NCBI GenBank assembly: GCA_963711065.1
Contig: CAVQCO010000004.1
Span: 62,867-126,866 of the forward strand
Source of the DNA: an uncultured Acidimicrobiaceae bacterium
Lineage (GTDB): Bacteria; Actinomycetota; Acidimicrobiia; Acidimicrobiales; RAAP-2
Length of the DNA stretch: 64,000 bases
Direction: 5' to 3'
The notes under the pieces were generated by a model that worked only from the letters and a program-made list of their open reading frames with translations, was not told where the DNA came from and ran no database searches. Positions 60,720 through 64,000 of this stretch are shown one piece after another (position 1 is the stretch's first letter; each line of letters opens with the position of its first letter). A program made the translations under genes and the position numbers.

Positions 60720-61856
60720 ATGCTGAGCCTGCAGCCGACCGCCGAGGGGGTCCTCCCGGGGCAGCTCCTGGAGGGGGCGATCCGGGCCGGTTACATCGAC
60801 GCCGGGCGCTTCAAGATCCCCGATGTCAACGTGCAGCCCGCCAGCCTGGACCTGCGCCTGGGTGAGCGGGCGCTCCGCATCCGCTGCAGCTTCCTGCCGG
60901 GGTCCGACCCGGTCGAGCGCAAGCTGAAGGACTACGTCCTCGACGAGATCGACCTGCGGGGCGACGGTGCGATGCTCGAGGCCCGCTGTCCCTACCTGAT
61001 TGAGCTGAAGGAGCGCCTCGACCTCCCGGCCGGCCTCCGGGGCAAGGCCAACCCGAAGAGCTCGACCGGCCGGATCGACGTGTTCACCCGGGTCATCACC
61101 GACCACAGCGACCGGTTCGACGAGGTGGCGCCGGGCTACCACGGCCCCCTCTACCTGGAGGTGGTGCCGCTGTCGTTCGCCGTCCGGGTGCGCGAGGACC
61201 TGACGCTCAACCAGCTGCGCCTGTCCATGGGCCAGCCCTGGCTCAGCGACGACGAGGTGCGTCGGACGCACCTGGTGGAGCCGATCCTCTTCAAGGAGGG
61301 CGCCCCCGTGCCCGTCGACGACCTCGTCCTCTCCAACGGCCTGTTCCTCGGACTCGACCTCCACGGCGACGAGCGCGGCCAGGTGGGGTACAGCACCCGT
61401 GACAGCGCACCGCTCCTCGACCTGACCGGCGCGGGAGACGTCGACCCGAGGCCGTTCTGGGACCCCGTGGTCCGGGAGGAGGGCGACCGGCTCGTGCTGT
61501 CGCCCAAGCGCTTCTACCTCCTGATGTCGCACGAGGCGGTGAGCATCCCGCCGAACCTGGCGGCCGAGATGACGGCGTACGACCCGACCAGCGGAGAGCT
61601 GCGGACGCACTACGCGGGCTTCTTCGATCCCGGCTTCGGGTTCGACCCCACCGGCGGCTTCCGGGGCTCGCGCGCCGCGCTCGAGGTACGCGCCCACGAC
61701 GTCCCCTTCATGGTCGAGAACGGGCAGGCCGTCTGCAAGCTGACCTTCGAGCGCATGCTCGAAGAACCGACCGCGCTGTACGGCACCGGCATCGGCTCGT
61801 CGTACCAGCAGCAGGAGGAGACGCTCAGCAGGTACTTCAGGCGCTCCATGCGTTAG
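60720..61856 (+). CDS. 2'-deoxycytidine 5'-triphosphate deaminase (long DCD-family form)
   Basis: 378 aa from ATG 60720. Contains QPASLDLRLG, KSSTGRIDVFTR, FFDPGFG. Confidence 0.78.
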   Translation: MLSLQPTAEGVLPGQLLEGAIRAGYIDAGRFKIPDVNVQPASLDLRLGERALRIRCSFLPGSDPVERKLKDYVLDEIDLRGDGAMLEARCPYLIELKERLDLPAGLRGKANPKSSTGRIDVFTRVITDHSDRFDEVAPGYHGPLYLEVVPLSFAVRVREDLTLNQLRLSMGQPWLSDDEVRRTHLVEPILFKEGAPVPVDDLVLSNGLFLGLDLHGDERGQVGYSTRDSAPLLDLTGAGDVDPRPFWDPVVREEGDRLVLSPKRFYLLMSHEAVSIPPNLAAEMTAYDPTSGELRTHYAGFFDPGFGFDPTGGFRGSRAALEVRAHDVPFMVENGQAVCKLTFERMLEEPTALYGTGIGSSYQQQEETLSRYFRRSMR

Positions 61857-62130
61857 CGACGACCCACGCCACGGGATGAACCGTGCGCGGGGTCTGACGA
61901 GCAACGGGCCTTCACCGTCTCAGCGGTCGATCCTCACGACGAAAAGAGGCACCGAAACGACTGTGGACGCAATGTCCATGGTGCCGTCAGCCGTGATGCA
62001 ATCACATCTAATGAACAACTTTGGCAGGTAGCGGCCGATTCTCCTGTTCCTCTGTCGGGTATAGCCCGCGACGTTGCGGGCTTCAGAGCGGGTCTGTGTT
62101 GCCCATACACAGAAGGAGCGATGCAAAGAC

Positions 62131-63699
62131 ATGAGGCGGAGCGGTCTTACCTCACTCGGTGTCCTTACGTGCGGGCTGATCCTGGCGACCGGTCTGATGC
62201 CGGCAGGTGCCGCATCACCGGCGCCGGACCCCCTCGCCTCGGCGGCGAGCAACGTCCAGAGCGTGCAGAACGCCGCCGCGGCCGTGGTGGCGCAGGTGAC
62301 CGCGCCGGCCGCGGCGCCGGCGCCGGCGCCGGCCGTCGCCGCGAACCCCGCCGCGAAACCGGCCGCCACCCCGGCCACGAACCCGCTGGCACCGCTCACC
62401 GCACTGCCCGTCTCCATTTCGCTCCCGATCACGGCGCTGGCCAACGAAATCGGGAGCAACCTGTTGCCGGGCCAGGACTCGACCACCGGGACCAACACGG
62501 CGACCCAGTCGTCGCCGCTCGCCAACGTCGACGCGCCGGTCAACGTGTGTTCCTTGTCGATCGGGCTGCTGGCCGACGCCAGCAGCAGCTGCTCGACCAC
62601 CTCGGTCGGGCTGAACCAGCTCGGCGCCATCGGCACGGTCAACGTCCCGATCTCCGCCCAGGACAACGCGATCGGGCTGCTCAGCCAGGCGGCGTCGGCC
62701 CTGGGCCTGACCACGGGCCAATCGCCCGCCTCGACCACCCAGAACGGCACCATCAACGCCTACGTTCCGGCGAGCATCTGCTCCGTTAACGTCGGGCTGG
62801 TCGGCAACACCGCCAGCAGCTGCAACCTGACCGGGACCAACGGGACCACCACGCAAACAGGCGTGCTCGACGCGGCCGTGCCCGTGACCGTGTGCGACGT
62901 CATCGCCGAGATCGACGGGAACAGCACGGCCGACTGCCCGCAACAGCCCGACGCGGTGTCGCAGTCGGGACAGCTGGCCGACGTGTTCCTGCCCGTCACC
63001 GCCTGTGGCGTGATCGTCGAGGTGGACGGCACCGCGACGGGCATGTGCATGCCGGTCTCGGGGTTCCCACTCGTCAACGGCCTGCCCACTGACAACGTGA
63101 GCCAGAGCGCCCCGATCGACGGCGTGCTGCCGGTCAACGCCTGGAGCGTCGTGGTCGCGGTGGCCGGGAGCGCGAGAAACTCGTGCGAACCCACCCACCT
63201 CTCAACGACGCCGACGGGCTCGGTGCCGGTGAACGTGTCCGTCACTGTCTGCTCCGTGACGGCGGCCGTCGACGGTAACGCTGCGGGCACCTGCACGGGG
63301 GCGGGATCCACCAGTATCCCGATCGGCACGCCAGGGAGCCCCGGGACCGGGGTGACGCTGCCCATCACGCTGTGCGGCATTGAGGCCGCCCTCGGAGGCA
63401 CGGCAAGCGCGGCCTGCCCGGAGCCGACGACCGCGTCCTCGACGCCGCCGCCCGCCACGTCACCGTCGAAGTCGTCGCCCATCGCGGTGCCGGTGGCCCT
63501 GGCCTCGGCGACACCTACGCCGGCCCAGGCCGCGGCGACCTCGTCGGGTGGCGCCGGGGCGTTGGCCACCACCGGGGCGCCTCTGCTGCTCGAGCTCCTG
63601 ATCGGGGCAGCGGCGCTGATCATGGGTCTCGCGATCAGTCGCCTCAGCCGTCGTCAAGACCGCAACAGGCAGCAGGCCTCCACTCCGCTGCAGGAGTAG
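62131..63699 (+). CDS. secreted multi-repeat chaplin-like protein with an LAxTG sortase signal
   Basis: Signal peptide MRRSGLTSLGVLTCGLILATGLMPAGAAS. About nine repeats of PVNVC-x3-IGL-x6-C type. C-terminal LATTG plus hydrophobic helix plus RLSRRQDR. ATG 62131 lies 12 nt after GAAGGAG. Confidence 0.72.
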   Translation: MRRSGLTSLGVLTCGLILATGLMPAGAASPAPDPLASAASNVQSVQNAAAAVVAQVTAPAAAPAPAPAVAANPAAKPAATPATNPLAPLTALPVSISLPITALANEIGSNLLPGQDSTTGTNTATQSSPLANVDAPVNVCSLSIGLLADASSSCSTTSVGLNQLGAIGTVNVPISAQDNAIGLLSQAASALGLTTGQSPASTTQNGTINAYVPASICSVNVGLVGNTASSCNLTGTNGTTTQTGVLDAAVPVTVCDVIAEIDGNSTADCPQQPDAVSQSGQLADVFLPVTACGVIVEVDGTATGMCMPVSGFPLVNGLPTDNVSQSAPIDGVLPVNAWSVVVAVAGSARNSCEPTHLSTTPTGSVPVNVSVTVCSVTAAVDGNAAGTCTGAGSTSIPIGTPGSPGTGVTLPITLCGIEAALGGTASAACPEPTTASSTPPPATSPSKSSPIAVPVALASATPTPAQAAATSSGGAGALATTGAPLLLELLIGAAALIMGLAISRLSRRQDRNRQQASTPLQE

Positions 63700-63756
63700 G
63701 CGAGGTACGCAGCGCGACAGACACCAGGACGGATCCGATGGAGGAAGGAGGGATCG

Positions 63757-64000
63757 ATGTCCGACCAGCGTGAAGCTGGCACCACGAGCCTCGAGGAGGT
63801 CTTCCTCTCGAGGGAGTTCGGGTCGAGAGATTTTGCGCGCGCCGCGCCGCGGACAATCGCCCTCGACGGCGTGACCGAAGAGGTCGCCAACCCGGCCGAG
63901 CTGGAGGAGGTCTTCCGCTCGGTGCGGTTCGGCAGGCCGCGTGTGTGCACGCCACCTCGGCTCGAACCGGCGGCGGTGGATCTGGCGGTGACCGGCGAAG
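63757..64000 (+). CDS. hypothetical protein (5' fragment, runs off the window)
   Basis: ATG 63757 preceded by GGAGGAAGGAGGG. The frame is open to the window end (MSDQREAGTTSLEEVFLSREFG..). Confidence 0.35.
   Translation, partial: MSDQREAGTTSLEEVFLSREFGSRDFARAAPRTIALDGVTEEVANPAELEEVFRSVRFGRPRVCTPPRLEPAAVDLAVTGE

Noticed and set aside
61920-62756. 278-aa minus-strand ORF overlapping the chaplin-like gene and its leader.
   Set aside because: It is antisense to a gene with a signal peptide, regular repeats and a sorting signal. It has no RBS or motif of its own, and its repeat-like look merely mirrors the plus-strand repeats.

Overview
This is a high-GC (about 70%) actinobacterial-type chromosomal window centred on the replication origin. 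The minus-strand block [31 protein letters not shown] faces the plus-strand block dnaA-dnaN-recF-DUF721-gyrB-gyrA, with a DnaA-box cluster between dnaA and dnaN and two parS palindromes upstream of parA. Left of the origin the gene order resembles the mycobacterial ori-proximal region: cwlM-like, trxA, trxB, murJ, a DUF6049-like secreted protein, cca, ino1/PadR/DUF5318, panB, rpsF-ssb-rpsR-rplI and dnaB. Further left lie accessory genes:
- an ABC-2 exporter with a NarL-type two-component pair;
- two separate wax-ester-synthase (WS/DGAT) plus patatin-lipase pairs;
- an Rrf2 regulator followed by a Ku-less PrimPol / HhH-PHP / ATP-ligase repair module;
- one complete IS5/IS1182-like insertion sequence.

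The right edge carries a long-form dCTP deaminase and a secreted LAxTG-anchored protein made of about nine chaplin-like Cys-pair repeats. I rate that protein the most novel item in the window. The main caveat is that at least ten conserved genes, including gyrA, gyrB, trxB and cca, are broken by single-nucleotide frameshifts. Almost all are +1 insertions, so sequence or assembly error is more likely than real decay. No rRNA, tRNA or CRISPR array was found.
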